DNA of 32,000 bases from Chlamydiales bacterium (GCA_041395025.1 JAWLBH010000001.1:960001-992000), one strand, 5' to 3'. Counted from the stretch's first letter, positions 9,470-19,599 are shown. Made by a program: numbers and translations. Notes: generated by a model from the sequence alone, not told the origin.

Positions 9470-9663
9470 GTTATATTAAAAGATTGAATCAAATTAAAGA
9501 GAACTCTCATTTTTTACCTTTTTAGATTTGATTTAATTGAAAAAAAGTTAAAACTTAAGAGTAATTTTAGCATTTTTTTTATTTTGTGGTCTCTACTGAT
9601 CAATTTAGATTTGGTAATTTTTTTAACTCATTTTAAGACTCATTTCTGAGAATTATTTTAAAT

Positions 9664-11319
9664 ATGAAAGTCTCGTTTTTCTATTTGTTTTTTTCTTTTT
9701 TAGTAGTGGTTATGGCTCAGCCTGATTGGAGTCCTTTTGCGTGCATGATGGCTGCAGCTTTTGGCTACGCACTTTTTTGGAAAGGGCTCCTCTATTTTAA
9801 ATTAGCTAAAATACGATTTTTGATTTCTCTCATTTGGTTTGGGGTGATTCAGTCATTTCATTTGAATTGGTTGAGATCAGATAGATATGTAGGGGGCTAT
9901 ATTTACATATTTTTTTTTCTTCTTCTTTTAGGATTGGCGATTCAATTTGCCTTCATCTGCTTATTCATTCGAAAAAATTTATCTTTTTATAAAATACTTG
10001 GAATCAGTGGTGGTTGGGTTTTATGCGAATGGAGTCGTCTGTTTATTTTTTCAGGATATTCCTGGAATCCTATTGGAATAGCTCTTTCAGGAAATTTGTA
10101 TGGAATGCAATTTGCCTCTATTTTTGGCATTTTTGGAATGAGCTTCTGGGTGTTTTTTACTAATCTACTTGCTTTGCAGATCTTAAATCTCTTTTTATGG
10201 CATCGGTGCATTTTATGGTTAATTATGGTAGGGACTCCTTATTTATTTGGTTGGTTAAACGTCACATTTCATAAACAATCTCTTGAAAAAGATTCGCATG
10301 TTCTCTCGACACTTCTTGTGCAAACGGCTATCTATCCTGAATATAAAATTTCTCTTAATGGCTCTATACCGATCCCTCCTGAGAAGCAATGGGAAAGAAT
10401 TTTAACCATGCTCTCTTTTTATACAAATACTCAACCTGATTTGATTGTTTTATCAGAAGGAGTTGTTCCTTATGGAGCCCATTTTCCGATCTATTCTGTT
10501 GAAGATGTGAAGGATAGAATGAATATATTTTTTCATCAAAAACAGGTATATCCGACTTCTTTAAGTAGTTATGTTGGGAATGTCTATTGGGCACAAGCGA
10601 TTGCAAATATTTTTTCAGCTGATGTGATTATTGGCCTTGAAGATTTTGATATTCATGAAGAAAAAGTCAAGCAAGCCTATAATGCTGCTTTTTTAGTCCA
10701 TCCATTTTCAGAAAAATTAGAACGATATGAAAAACGCATTTTAGTGCCTATGGGGGAGTATATTCCCTTTCAATGGTGTCGTGCTTTTCTTCAGAAATAT
10801 GGGATTAAAGATTCTTTTTGCCCAGGAAAAGAAGCAAAAATATTTGAGACAAATCATGCTCCAATAGGAGTCTCGATCTGTTACGAAGAAACTTATGGAA
10901 ATTTAATGCGTGCAAATCGCTTAAAAGGTGCTCAACTTCTTGTCAACTTAACTAATGATGTTTGGTACCCACATTCTCGCTTACCAATCATTCATTTTCT
11001 CCATGGAAGATTACGTGCCATTGAGGCAGGAGTGCCGCTATTGCGTTGTTGTAATACAGGAGTCACTTGTGGTCTTGATAGTTTAGGGCGATTAGTTGGG
11101 ATCTTAGAATATGAGTCGCCTAAAAAATATGCATCAGCAGAAGTACTCATGCTCTCTTTACCACTCTATACTTATTCTACTCTTTATACTCAAGTTGGTG
11201 ATTTACCGTTGATTATCTTTTGTAGTGTATTCTTTGTATGGATATGTGCATCTGCACTACGTACAAGAAAGTCATTCTTTATAAACGATATAGAAGTTTT
11301 ACCCTTGCATAAAAATTAA
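9664..11319 (+). CDS. lnt: apolipoprotein N-acyltransferase
   Basis: 551 aa. Polytopic hydrophobic N-terminal half followed by a carbon-nitrogen hydrolase domain (SEGVVP with catalytic Glu context, ICYEETYG with catalytic Cys). It sits upstream of lpxC, as I recall for chlamydial cutE/lnt. Confidence 0.85.
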   Translation: MKVSFFYLFFSFLVVVMAQPDWSPFACMMAAAFGYALFWKGLLYFKLAKIRFLISLIWFGVIQSFHLNWLRSDRYVGGYIYIFFFLLLLGLAIQFAFICLFIRKNLSFYKILGISGGWVLCEWSRLFIFSGYSWNPIGIALSGNLYGMQFASIFGIFGMSFWVFFTNLLALQILNLFLWHRCILWLIMVGTPYLFGWLNVTFHKQSLEKDSHVLSTLLVQTAIYPEYKISLNGSIPIPPEKQWERILTMLSFYTNTQPDLIVLSEGVVPYGAHFPIYSVEDVKDRMNIFFHQKQVYPTSLSSYVGNVYWAQAIANIFSADVIIGLEDFDIHEEKVKQAYNAAFLVHPFSEKLERYEKRILVPMGEYIPFQWCRAFLQKYGIKDSFCPGKEAKIFETNHAPIGVSICYEETYGNLMRANRLKGAQLLVNLTNDVWYPHSRLPIIHFLHGRLRAIEAGVPLLRCCNTGVTCGLDSLGRLVGILEYESPKKYASAEVLMLSLPLYTYSTLYTQVGDLPLIIFCSVFFVWICASALRTRKSFFINDIEVLPLHKN

Positions 11320-11362
11320 ATATTCATTACATTTTTTTTTCATTTTTGATTTAAGTTGTTAC

Positions 11363-12211
11363 ATGAAATCTCGTCCCCAGCGGACTTTAAAAAAAGAAGT
11401 TTCATTCTCTGGCGTGGGTATTCATACAGGGAAAGAGGTTTCTATTCGCTTCTGTCCGGCACCTATTAATAGTGGAGTTGTCTTTCAACGTATTGATCTT
11501 CCAGGCAAACCGCTCATTCCCGCTGCTATAGAGTATGTCCAGAACACATTGCGCAGTACGATCATTGGCGTAGGGTCTGCTTCAGTCCAGACTGTGGAGC
11601 ATGTTTTAGCTGCTCTTTTTGCTTACCAAGTAGATAATTTGTGCGTTCAACTTGATGAAGGTGAGCCTCCTGTTGGAGATGGTAGCGCAATTTCTTTTGT
11701 GAGTTTGATCGAAAAAGCTGGAATTGAAGAACAAAAAGCTATTAAAGTCATTCATCCTTTAAAAGAGCCTCTGTATTATTCTAATGACAAAAGCTATATT
11801 GTAGCGTTACCTTCAGAAGAATATAGAATTAGCTATGTGCTTCACTATCCCAATACCTCTGTGATTCGTTCTCAATATCTTTCATTGCCTATTAATCAAG
11901 AGGTATTCAAGAATGAAATTGCAACCTGTCGTACATTTGCCTTGTATGAAGAGATCACGGCTTTAATGGAACAAGGATTAATTCAAGGAGGGAGTTTAGA
12001 AAATGCTATTGTTATTAAAGATGATGTTGTTTTTAGTAAGGAGGGACTGAGATTTCCTGACGAAATGGTCAGGCATAAAATTTTGGATTTAATTGGAGAT
12101 TTATCCTTAGTAGGGTTTCCTTTTTTGGCTAATATTATTGCGATTTGCTCTGGACATCATGCGAATATCCAAATTGGAAAAGAATTTGTAAAACATTTTT
12201 CTTCTTATTAG
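11363..12211 (+). CDS. lpxC: UDP-3-O-acyl-N-acetylglucosamine deacetylase
   Basis: N-terminus RTLKKEVSFSGVGIHTGKEV, TVEHVLAAL, and the C-terminal HKILDLIGDLSL...SGHHAN zinc/His motif, all typical of LpxC. Confidence 0.95.
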   Translation: MKSRPQRTLKKEVSFSGVGIHTGKEVSIRFCPAPINSGVVFQRIDLPGKPLIPAAIEYVQNTLRSTIIGVGSASVQTVEHVLAALFAYQVDNLCVQLDEGEPPVGDGSAISFVSLIEKAGIEEQKAIKVIHPLKEPLYYSNDKSYIVALPSEEYRISYVLHYPNTSVIRSQYLSLPINQEVFKNEIATCRTFALYEEITALMEQGLIQGGSLENAIVIKDDVVFSKEGLRFPDEMVRHKILDLIGDLSLVGFPFLANIIAICSGHHANIQIGKEFVKHFSSY

Positions 12212-12220
12212 GAAGGGTTG

Positions 12221-12688
12221 ATGGAGAAATACGAGATTGAAAGACCGACATTATTTGAAATTAAAAAGATACGTGAGATATTGCCTCATCGATATCCTTT
12301 TTTGCTTGTCGATAAGATTCTGGAAATGGATTTAAATAAGCCCTCAATTCTAGGGCAAAAGAATATCACAATTAATGAAGCTTTTTTTCAGGGACATTTT
12401 CCTAGTGTGCCGATTATGCCAGGTGTGTTAATTCTTGAGGCTTTAGCTCAAGCAGGAGGAATTCTAATTCATCAAAAGGGCTTTATTGACAAAATTGCGC
12501 TTTTTTCCACTATGAAACAAGTGAAATTCCGCAAACCTGTCAAACCAGGAGATGTTTTACTGTTATATTGCGAAGGCACGTTATTTAGTTATAAGGGTGG
12601 GCGTGTGAAAACCAAAGCAATAGTTGGTTCACAAGTTGCTGTCGAAGCAGAAATGGGTTTTGCACTTGTAAATAAGGAAAAAATTTAA
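12221..12688 (+). CDS. fabZ: 3-hydroxyacyl-ACP dehydratase
   Basis: Hot-dog fold motifs [37 protein letters not shown] 12221 lies behind a GGAAGG Shine-Dalgarno; the TTG at 12218 is less likely. Confidence 0.95.
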   Translation: MEKYEIERPTLFEIKKIREILPHRYPFLLVDKILEMDLNKPSILGQKNITINEAFFQGHFPSVPIMPGVLILEALAQAGGILIHQKGFIDKIALFSTMKQVKFRKPVKPGDVLLLYCEGTLFSYKGGRVKTKAIVGSQVAVEAEMGFALVNKEKI

Positions 12689-12704
12689 TAGTAGCTGGAG
12701 TAAT

Positions 12705-13583
12705 ATGACAAGACCAAATATCCATCCGACAGCCATCATTGAAGAAGGAGCAGTTATTGGGAAAGGTGTCTTAATTGAACCCTATGCTATTATTAAAAAA
12801 CATGTGACCCTGGAAGATAGAGTAGTGATTAAATCCCATGCTTATATTGATGGTTTTACAACGATTGGGAGTGGAACCACCATTTGGCCTTTTGCCAGTA
12901 TTGGTACCAAAACTCAAGACTTAAAATACGCTGGTGAACAAACCTATGTAAAGATTGGAAAAAATTGTGAAATTCGTGAATTTGCGACTATTAATAGCTC
13001 AACTTTTAAAGGAACCACTGTTCAGGTAGGTGATGGTTGTTTAATCATGGCCTATTGTCATATTGCACATAATTGTCTTATAGGAAATCATGTCGTGATG
13101 AGTAATAACTCCCTACTTGCTGGCCATGTGATTGTTGAAGATTTTGCGATCATTGGGGGCATGACCCCTGTCCATCAGTTTGCACGTATTGGACGTTATG
13201 CCATGGTTGGGGGGATGAGTCGAGTCACCAATGATGTTCCTCCTTTTACTGTTGGAGGAGGAATTCCTTATTGTATGGGAGGCATTAATCGAATTGGATT
13301 GAAGCGACGAAATTTTTCCTTTGATACCCGTCGAGCGCTTGCTCATGCTTATAGGCTCGTCTATCGTTCTCGTCTTCATCTTGATGATGCATTGAAACAA
13401 ATTGAAAAAGAAGTAGATTTGCTTCCTGAAATTGCCCATTTTATTAAATTTTGTCGTGAGACAAAACGAGGATTAATTGGGATGCAAGGAATCCATCAAG
13501 GCATTTCTAATAAGCGAGTAAGAATTCGTAAAGAAGAGTTACATGAGTCTCCTGAAGATCTTCTACTCCAGATGAGAATGTAG
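12705..13583 (+). CDS. lpxA: acyl-ACP--UDP-N-acetylglucosamine O-acyltransferase
   Basis: [14 protein letters not shown] start. Left-handed beta-helix hexapeptide repeats throughout. C-terminal helical domain [17 protein letters not shown] Shine-Dalgarno before the ATG. Confidence 0.93.
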   Translation: MTRPNIHPTAIIEEGAVIGKGVLIEPYAIIKKHVTLEDRVVIKSHAYIDGFTTIGSGTTIWPFASIGTKTQDLKYAGEQTYVKIGKNCEIREFATINSSTFKGTTVQVGDGCLIMAYCHIAHNCLIGNHVVMSNNSLLAGHVIVEDFAIIGGMTPVHQFARIGRYAMVGGMSRVTNDVPPFTVGGGIPYCMGGINRIGLKRRNFSFDTRRALAHAYRLVYRSRLHLDDALKQIEKEVDLLPEIAHFIKFCRETKRGLIGMQGIHQGISNKRVRIRKEELHESPEDLLLQMRM

Positions 13584-13586
13584 TGA

Positions 13587-14525
13587 ATGCGAGTGATCTT
13601 TTTTGGAACGCCATCTTTTGCTGCAACGATTCTAAGTTATCTTACTAAACAACCCATTGAAATCATAGCTGTTGTTTCGCGTCCTGATCAACCACAAGGA
13701 CGTGGGCAACATCTTTCTCCAACTCCTGTGAAAAAAATTGCTGAACAGTATGGGATTCCCATCTATCAACCTCATAAAGCCTCTAGTGAAGATTTTATAG
13801 ATCTTTTGAAAACTCATAATCCAGATCTATTTGTTGTAGCTGCTTATGCTGAAATTCTTAAACAAGATATTTTAGAGATTCCAAAACTTGGTTGTCTAAA
13901 TGTCCATGCAAGCCTGCTTCCTAAATATAGGGGAGCTGCTCCAGTGCAACGTGCTTTAATGGCAGGTGAAAAAGACACGGGAGTCTCAATCATCAAAATG
14001 TCTTTAGAAATGGATGCTGGAGATATATATTCGATTGTAAAAATTCCTATCCTAGAAGAGATGAATGCGGGTGATCTATTGAATCAAATAGCTGATGTAG
14101 GGTCAGAAGCATTAGGGGATGTAATCAGTAAAATCGAAAAACAAAAAATTCGTCCCGTACCTCAAGATCATTCTGCAGCGACTTTTGCTAAAAAAATACA
14201 ATCTGGAGAACGAGAAATCAACTGGAGATCTTCAGCAGAAACTATTCATAATCAAATTCGAGGTTTAACCCCAAATCCAGGTGCTTGGTGTGAGATTCAA
14301 CTTGGAGATCATATAAAAAGATTGGGAGTGATAAAAACACGAAAAATTCTTGATATTAAGGGTAGGCCAGCAACATTGAGCTCCGAAACATCTAAAATCA
14401 TTGTCTATTGTGGGGAAGGAGCACTAGAGCTGCTTGAAGTGCAATTAGCAGGGAAAACCCCTCTTCCTGCAAATATTTTTTTAAATGGGATTCAAGATTT
14501 TAAATTAAAATTTTTATTAAAATAA
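13587..14525 (+). CDS. fmt: methionyl-tRNA formyltransferase
   Basis: MRVIFFGTPSFA start, NVHASLLPKYRGAAPVQRAL formyltransferase motif, and the C-terminal Fmt domain. Confidence 0.95.
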   Translation: MRVIFFGTPSFAATILSYLTKQPIEIIAVVSRPDQPQGRGQHLSPTPVKKIAEQYGIPIYQPHKASSEDFIDLLKTHNPDLFVVAAYAEILKQDILEIPKLGCLNVHASLLPKYRGAAPVQRALMAGEKDTGVSIIKMSLEMDAGDIYSIVKIPILEEMNAGDLLNQIADVGSEALGDVISKIEKQKIRPVPQDHSAATFAKKIQSGEREINWRSSAETIHNQIRGLTPNPGAWCEIQLGDHIKRLGVIKTRKILDIKGRPATLSSETSKIIVYCGEGALELLEVQLAGKTPLPANIFLNGIQDFKLKFLLK

Positions 14526-14603
14526 TATTTGTATCATTTTTCTTTATAAATTAATTCAAATAGACTATCATTTTGCCTTCAAATGAAGTAAAAGGTGGTT
14601 TTT

Positions 14604-15428
14604 ATGCAGATAACAGGAAATGGAGTGATAAGCAATTTTTTCTGCAATTCAAACAACCATCTTGTGAGAATGCTTTATAGTTACGATGGTCAAGACAAGG
14701 TTTTTAAAGCGTGTGATGCTGTGTTTCAATTGATTACCTTAGTGAGTCTAGAATTGAATGCTTCGCAGCCAACAATGGCCAATATTGGCACGGCACATAA
14801 TTTAGTGATTTCTACGCGTGATCTTACCTCTTTATTGACTATTTTTCGAGGAGTCATTCCTTCAACGATTGTTCAAGGTCGTAAAGTGATTAAGATAACT
14901 AAATCGTTTTCCTCTAATGTTAATCAGGATAGCAACTCTCCTGTTGGAGCTGTTGAAAAAATCTTGAAGATTGCAGAAGGGGTTTTTTCAATCATAGGAA
15001 ACTTAGCTGTTATCTTTGGGTTTGGTATTTCTCGTCCTATTGGTTGTATTGATAAGTATCTTGACGTTGGTTTGGGAGAAAATCCAAGAAAGCTTGGAGC
15101 GGTATTTCCCTCTATTATGGCAGTAAATAATATGACTAGTTTCTTAAAAAATAGTTGTGAATTAGCTTACGAGATAAAATCTTATAAACGTCAATACGCA
15201 GTAAAAATGTTAAACAACCAATCAAAAGAAACTCCATACCTCCAAGAAAAATTGTATTCGAATTTGTTCATACTTATTTTAAGCTTGGTCGATAAAGTGC
15301 TTGAGATCATTAAAGATATATTCATGTTTACTAAATCTTCGATGCCAGCTGGAGTCAAAGTTTTAATTAACATCTCTATCGCAACTTTAGGACTGATTAC
15401 TGCTTGGAAAAAAGTTGCGAATGGATGA
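14604..15428 (+). CDS. hypothetical membrane-associated protein at the Cap1 (CT529) syntenic position
   Basis: ATG 14604 is preceded by AAGGTGG 5 nt upstream; the tracked GTG at 14595 overlaps that Shine-Dalgarno. Hydrophobic segments are VFSIIGNLAVIFGFGISRPIG, LFILILSLV and VLINISIATLGLITAW. It lies between fmt and rplC, where C. trachomatis has CT529 as I recall. No domain recognised. Confidence 0.55.
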   Translation: MQITGNGVISNFFCNSNNHLVRMLYSYDGQDKVFKACDAVFQLITLVSLELNASQPTMANIGTAHNLVISTRDLTSLLTIFRGVIPSTIVQGRKVIKITKSFSSNVNQDSNSPVGAVEKILKIAEGVFSIIGNLAVIFGFGISRPIGCIDKYLDVGLGENPRKLGAVFPSIMAVNNMTSFLKNSCELAYEIKSYKRQYAVKMLNNQSKETPYLQEKLYSNLFILILSLVDKVLEIIKDIFMFTKSSMPAGVKVLINISIATLGLITAWKKVANG

Positions 15429-15510
15429 GGGAGTTTTTTCATTAGTTCTCAAAAATGTATTCTCTTCCTATAGACCTTTCTTTTGTAAGATTTCAATACA
15501 ATTTAGATGT

Positions 15511-15538
15511 TTGATTGATTTGGCAAGGGATATAGAAT
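15511..15538 (+). promoter_or_regulatory. candidate sigma70/66-type promoter for the r-protein operon (TTGATT-16 nt-TAGAAT)
   Basis: -35-like TTGATT at 15511-15516, a 16-nt spacer, and -10-like TAGAAT at 15533-15538. This is pattern match only. In AT-rich DNA such matches arise by chance. Confidence 0.2.
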
Positions 15539-15768
15539 TTGAGTTTAGAAAATACCTAGTTCTGGCTCAATAATTTTTCTTGTTGTAAATCTATTTTCTC
15601 TGATAACCTCTCTATTTCTGTTTTTCGATTAAGAGCTTTTGTGCTTTTTCAAGATTTTAGATATCTGCAAATTGCAATGAAACGTCTAAATCTAAGCCAT
15701 AGCCTAGTCAGATGTAGAAAATGGGTTGTCTTTGCATTTTCTAATAAGAAGAGATGAAAGGAAATTTC

Positions 15769-16437
15769 ATGGGATTAAAACTAATGGGGAAAAAGCACCG
15801 GATGGTGCAGCGTTTTGACGAAACTGGATCTATTGTAGTTTGCACAATAATTCATGTGGAACCAAATGTAGTGACTCAAATCAAGTCCATAGAGTCAGAT
15901 GGTTATAATGCGATTCAGTTAGGTTTTGATAAAATTGTGATAAAAGACCCACGTACAATGGAAAAACGTATAACGAAGCCCCTAATTGGGCATTTTAAAA
16001 AGTCTAATGTAGACCCACGTCGTTATTTAGCAGAATCTCGGATAGATATAGATGGATATTCAGTGGGTCAACTGATTGGTGTCTCTTTCTTTGATGAAGT
16101 CTCTTATGTCGATATCACAGGCATATCAAAAGGAAAAGGCTATCAAGGGGTGATGAAAAAATATCACTTTGCTGGAGGTCCAGCTGCCCATGGTTCCGGG
16201 TTTCACCGTCATGGGGGATCAACTGGAATGCGTTCTACTCCAGGTCGTACATTACCTGGTCAGAAAAAAGCAGGACAAATGGGGTGTGAGCAAGTCACAG
16301 TTCAAAATTTACGATTGGTTTGTATTGATGAAAAGCAAGATTTTCTTCTTGTAGAAGGGGCAGTGCCGGGTCATCTTGGTGGTCTTGTTTCAATATCACC
16401 TGCTTGTAAGAAGAAGTCTAAATCAAAAGTAGGTTGA
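15769..16437 (+). CDS. rplC: 50S ribosomal protein L3
   Basis: MGLKLMGKK...GKGYQGVMKKYHFAGGPAAHGSGFHRHGGSTGMRSTPGR is diagnostic for L3. ATG 15769 has AAGGA 6 nt upstream; the alternative ATG is at 15754. Confidence 0.95.
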   Translation: MGLKLMGKKHRMVQRFDETGSIVVCTIIHVEPNVVTQIKSIESDGYNAIQLGFDKIVIKDPRTMEKRITKPLIGHFKKSNVDPRRYLAESRIDIDGYSVGQLIGVSFFDEVSYVDITGISKGKGYQGVMKKYHFAGGPAAHGSGFHRHGGSTGMRSTPGRTLPGQKKAGQMGCEQVTVQNLRLVCIDEKQDFLLVEGAVPGHLGGLVSISPACKKKSKSKVG

Positions 16438-16445
16438 GGCATTTA

Positions 16446-17147
16446 ATGCAAAATTTAGAAAAATATAATCTGCAAGGCGAAGTAACTGGCGAGGTAGTGA
16501 TTGAGGATGCTTTTTTAAATCTCCATGTCAATCCTCAGCTTGTTAAAGATTATATAGTTGCTCTTCGAGCGAATCAACGTCAATGGTCAGCAAATACAAA
16601 AGGGCGTTCTGAAGTAAGTCATTCGAATAAAAAGCCTCATCGACAAAAAGGGACAGGAAATGCGCGTCAAGGAACGTTAGCGGCTCCACAATATCGAGGT
16701 GGTGGAGTTGTATTTGGCCCTAAACCTAAATTTAATCAACATATTCGCATTAATCGTAAAGAGCGCCGTCTTGTGTCAAGTTATCTTTTTGTAGAAAAAA
16801 TTAAAAATTCAGATGTCTTATTTTTAGATGATAATGCTTTAAAAGAGCTTCAGAAACCGAGTTCAAAAAGCATTGCTATTTTTTTAAAAAAACAGAAAAT
16901 CTATGACAAATCAGTGTTGTTTATTGTTGATGGAGAGTATCATAAATCCGAAATAGATCATCAAAAAAGTCCAATCTCTATTCCTACTGATAAGTATAAG
17001 ATTTTTAAAAAGAGCCTTAACAACCTTCCGAAAAGCGATTTTGCTATTGCACAGAATATAAATGGGTATGATTTAATATCAGCTCAGAAAATTGTTATGA
17101 ATTTCTCTGCTTTTGAAGAGTTAAAAAAATTATGGAGAGGGGAATGA
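16446..17147 (+). CDS. rplD: 50S ribosomal protein L4
   Basis: KPHRQKGTGNARQGTLAAPQYRGGGVVFGPKP is the L4 core. ATG 16446; the TTG at 16434 overlapping the rplC stop is the alternative. Confidence 0.93.
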   Translation: MQNLEKYNLQGEVTGEVVIEDAFLNLHVNPQLVKDYIVALRANQRQWSANTKGRSEVSHSNKKPHRQKGTGNARQGTLAAPQYRGGGVVFGPKPKFNQHIRINRKERRLVSSYLFVEKIKNSDVLFLDDNALKELQKPSSKSIAIFLKKQKIYDKSVLFIVDGEYHKSEIDHQKSPISIPTDKYKIFKKSLNNLPKSDFAIAQNINGYDLISAQKIVMNFSAFEELKKLWRGE

Positions 17148-17482
17148 TGCAAGAGGCTCTTAAAATAATTAAATGTCGTTATATTACAGAAAAAGCAAAA
17201 ATGCTTGAACTATTACACGATTCTAAAAGCAATCAATCAATAGAGAGATTTAAATCACCAAAATATGTTTTTATTGTTGATCGCAAGGCTAACAAACAGC
17301 AAATTGCTTGTGCAATTGAAACGATTTATAAAGAAAAGAATATAAAAGTCACAAAAGTTAATACTCTTTATACAAAACGAAAAAAAAAGAAGAAAAGAGG
17401 GTTACGTAAAGAGGGTATGACTTCTGCTTATAAGAAAGCCATTGTGACAATGGAACCCGGTGATCTAATTGATCAAATTTAG
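17144..17482 (+). CDS. rplW: 50S ribosomal protein L23
   Basis: ITEKA...YVFIVDRKANKQQI...YKKAIVTMEPG pattern of L23. An ATGA overlap with the rplD stop at 17144-17147 suggests translational coupling. Alternative ATGs are at 17132 and 17147. Confidence 0.9.
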   Translation: MMQEALKIIKCRYITEKAKMLELLHDSKSNQSIERFKSPKYVFIVDRKANKQQIACAIETIYKEKNIKVTKVNTLYTKRKKKKKRGLRKEGMTSAYKKAIVTMEPGDLIDQI

Positions 17483-17495
17483 TTAAGAATTTACA

Positions 17496-18350
17496 ATGCC
17501 TAAAAAATTTAAACCAACGACTCCTTCTCAACGTCATCTTATTTTACCGCTTTTCCATGAGCTCACTCGTGAAAAAGTGGTGAAAGGAAAAGCACTCAAA
17601 AGTAAAATTAAGCCGACGAAAACTTTGCTTCTTCAAAAAAAGCGTCTGAGTGGGCGTAATAACAATGGTCATATTACTTGCCGTCATCGAGGAGGTGGGC
17701 ATAAACGTCACTATCGCATCATCGATTTTTTAAGAGATAAGGAGAATATTCCTGCAAAGGTTGCTTCAATTGAGTATGATCCATGTCGCTCTGCTCACAT
17801 TGCTCTCTTGTTTTATGTAGACGGTGAAAAGCGTTATATTCTTGCTCCAAAAGGATTGAAAAGAGGGGATCTCGTCTCTTCAGGTGATAAGAGTCCTTTT
17901 AATGTAGGGTGTTCTATGAGCCTTAAATTAATGCCTTTAGGCTCATTAATTCATAATATAGAGATGCGGCCACGAGGGGGAGGTAGACTGGTGCGTTCGG
18001 CTGGCCTTTCAGCACAATTAGTAGCTCGAGCTAATGGATATGCTACTATTAAAATGCCATCTGGAGAATTTAGGCTCATCAATGAGTCTTGTTTTGCAAC
18101 TTTTGGTGAAGTTTCTCATGCTGACCACAGTTTAAGAGTAGAGGGAAAAGCTGGAAGAAATCGTTGGAAAGGGATTCGTCCTACAGTTCGGGGTACTGCT
18201 ATGAATCCTGTTGACCATCCGCATGGTGGTGGTGAAGGGCGTCATAATGGGTATATTCCTCAGACTCCATGGGCAAAGCCAACAAAAGGATTTCGTACAA
18301 GAAATAAAAGAAAAACAAAAAAATGGATTGTCAAGGATCGTAGGAAGTAG
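17496..18350 (+). CDS. rplB: 50S ribosomal protein L2
   Basis: [31 protein letters not shown]. Confidence 0.97.
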   Translation: MPKKFKPTTPSQRHLILPLFHELTREKVVKGKALKSKIKPTKTLLLQKKRLSGRNNNGHITCRHRGGGHKRHYRIIDFLRDKENIPAKVASIEYDPCRSAHIALLFYVDGEKRYILAPKGLKRGDLVSSGDKSPFNVGCSMSLKLMPLGSLIHNIEMRPRGGGRLVRSAGLSAQLVARANGYATIKMPSGEFRLINESCFATFGEVSHADHSLRVEGKAGRNRWKGIRPTVRGTAMNPVDHPHGGGEGRHNGYIPQTPWAKPTKGFRTRNKRKTKKWIVKDRRK

Positions 18351-18353
18351 TCT

Positions 18354-18617
18354 ATGGGTAGATCGTTAAGAAAAGGACCATTTGTTGATCATCATCTTTT
18401 AAATAAAGTGAGAAAAATGAATGCAGAAGGAAAAAAGATTGCGATTAAAACTTGGTCTCGTCGTTCAATGATCATTCCTGAAATGATTGGACATACTTTT
18501 GAAGTGCATAATGGTCGTAAATTTTTAGCTGTATTTGTTTCCGAAACGATGGTCGGACACAAACTTGGTGAGTTTTCACCAACCAGGTTATTTAAATCCC
18601 ATCCAATCAAGAAGTGA
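18354..18617 (+). CDS. rpsS: 30S ribosomal protein S19
   Basis: [15 protein letters not shown]...HNGRKF...[13 protein letters not shown]. Confidence 0.97.
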   Translation: MGRSLRKGPFVDHHLLNKVRKMNAEGKKIAIKTWSRRSMIIPEMIGHTFEVHNGRKFLAVFVSETMVGHKLGEFSPTRLFKSHPIKK

Positions 18618-18623
18618 AGATAC

Positions 18624-18977
18624 ATGGAGAGATCTAAAGCAATTACAAAATTCGTCCGTATTCCCCCACGTAAAGCTAGGTTGGTTGCCAATCTTATCCG
18701 GGGTTGTTTGGTTAGTGATGCAGAAATGCAGTTAAATTACAGCCAATGTAAGGGAGGGCGTTTGCTAAAAAAAACTCTTGGTAGTGCTGTTGCTAATGCT
18801 GAAATGAAATGGGATGCTCGTCGGGATCAGTTATTTGTACTAGAAGTAAAAGTAGATGAAGGATCGCGTTATAAGCGTAGCAAATCAAAATGTCGAGGAG
18901 GCAGGTCTCCTATTTTAAAGAGAACGAGCCATTTTACTGTAGTTGTCGGGGAAAAAATAGCTAAGGAGCAAAAATAA
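18624..18977 (+). CDS. rplV: 50S ribosomal protein L22
   Basis: [16 protein letters not shown]...LGSAVANAE...[15 protein letters not shown]. Confidence 0.95.
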   Translation: MERSKAITKFVRIPPRKARLVANLIRGCLVSDAEMQLNYSQCKGGRLLKKTLGSAVANAEMKWDARRDQLFVLEVKVDEGSRYKRSKSKCRGGRSPILKRTSHFTVVVGEKIAKEQK

Positions 18978-18978
18978 A

Positions 18979-19599
18979 ATGGGACAGAAAGTTCGTCCAA
19001 TTGGCCTCCGTACCAGTATTACCAAAAAATGGCGTTCTTTATGGTATGGGAACAAACAAGAGTTTGGGACTCTTTTGATTGAAGATTTTCGAATTCGTGA
19101 ATTTTTAAAGAAAAAATCTTGTTGTCAAGGAGCTTCTCATTTTACCATTCGTCGGATGAGTGGAAAAATTGAAGTTACTATTCATACTGCGAAGCCAGGA
19201 ATTGTAATTGGAAAAAAAGGTACTGAAATTGAACAACTTAAAATTGAATTGCGTCAATTAACAGGTAAAGAAGTTTGGGTCGAAGTAGAAGAAATTAAAC
19301 GACCTGATCTTAATGCTCAGCTTGTTGCAGATGGGATTGCCTATCAATTAAAAAGGCGAGTCGCCTTTAGAAGAGTTATGAAAAAAGCTATGCAGGGCTG
19401 TTTGGATGCAGGGGCTTTAGGTGTAAAAATTCGTGTTTCCGGTCGTCTTGGAGGAGCTGAAATTGCAAGGAGTGAGTGGTATAAAGAAGGTCGTATTCCT
19501 CTTCATACTTTAAGAGCGGATATTGATTATGCAACATCTCGAGCTGAAACAACCTACGGATGTATTGGTGTGCAAGTGTGGATTAATCAAGGTGAGTAA
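18979..19599 (+). CDS. rpsC: 30S ribosomal protein S3
   Basis: [11 protein letters not shown] start, KH domain [45 protein letters not shown]. Confidence 0.97.
   Translation: MGQKVRPIGLRTSITKKWRSLWYGNKQEFGTLLIEDFRIREFLKKKSCCQGASHFTIRRMSGKIEVTIHTAKPGIVIGKKGTEIEQLKIELRQLTGKEVWVEVEEIKRPDLNAQLVADGIAYQLKRRVAFRRVMKKAMQGCLDAGALGVKIRVSGRLGGAEIARSEWYKEGRIPLHTLRADIDYATSRAETTYGCIGVQVWINQGE

Noticed and set aside
5345-17400. Homopolymeric A/T runs of 8-10 nt inside coding regions, considered as possible phase-variation tracts. Examples lie near 5354 in the BamD-like gene, near 8316 in dacC, near 8660 in the methyltransferase gene and near 17371 in rplW.
   Set aside because: They encode in-frame Lys/Phe runs in intact ORFs. 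They are expected from the AT-rich composition and include essential genes such as rplW, so there is no evidence of slippage.
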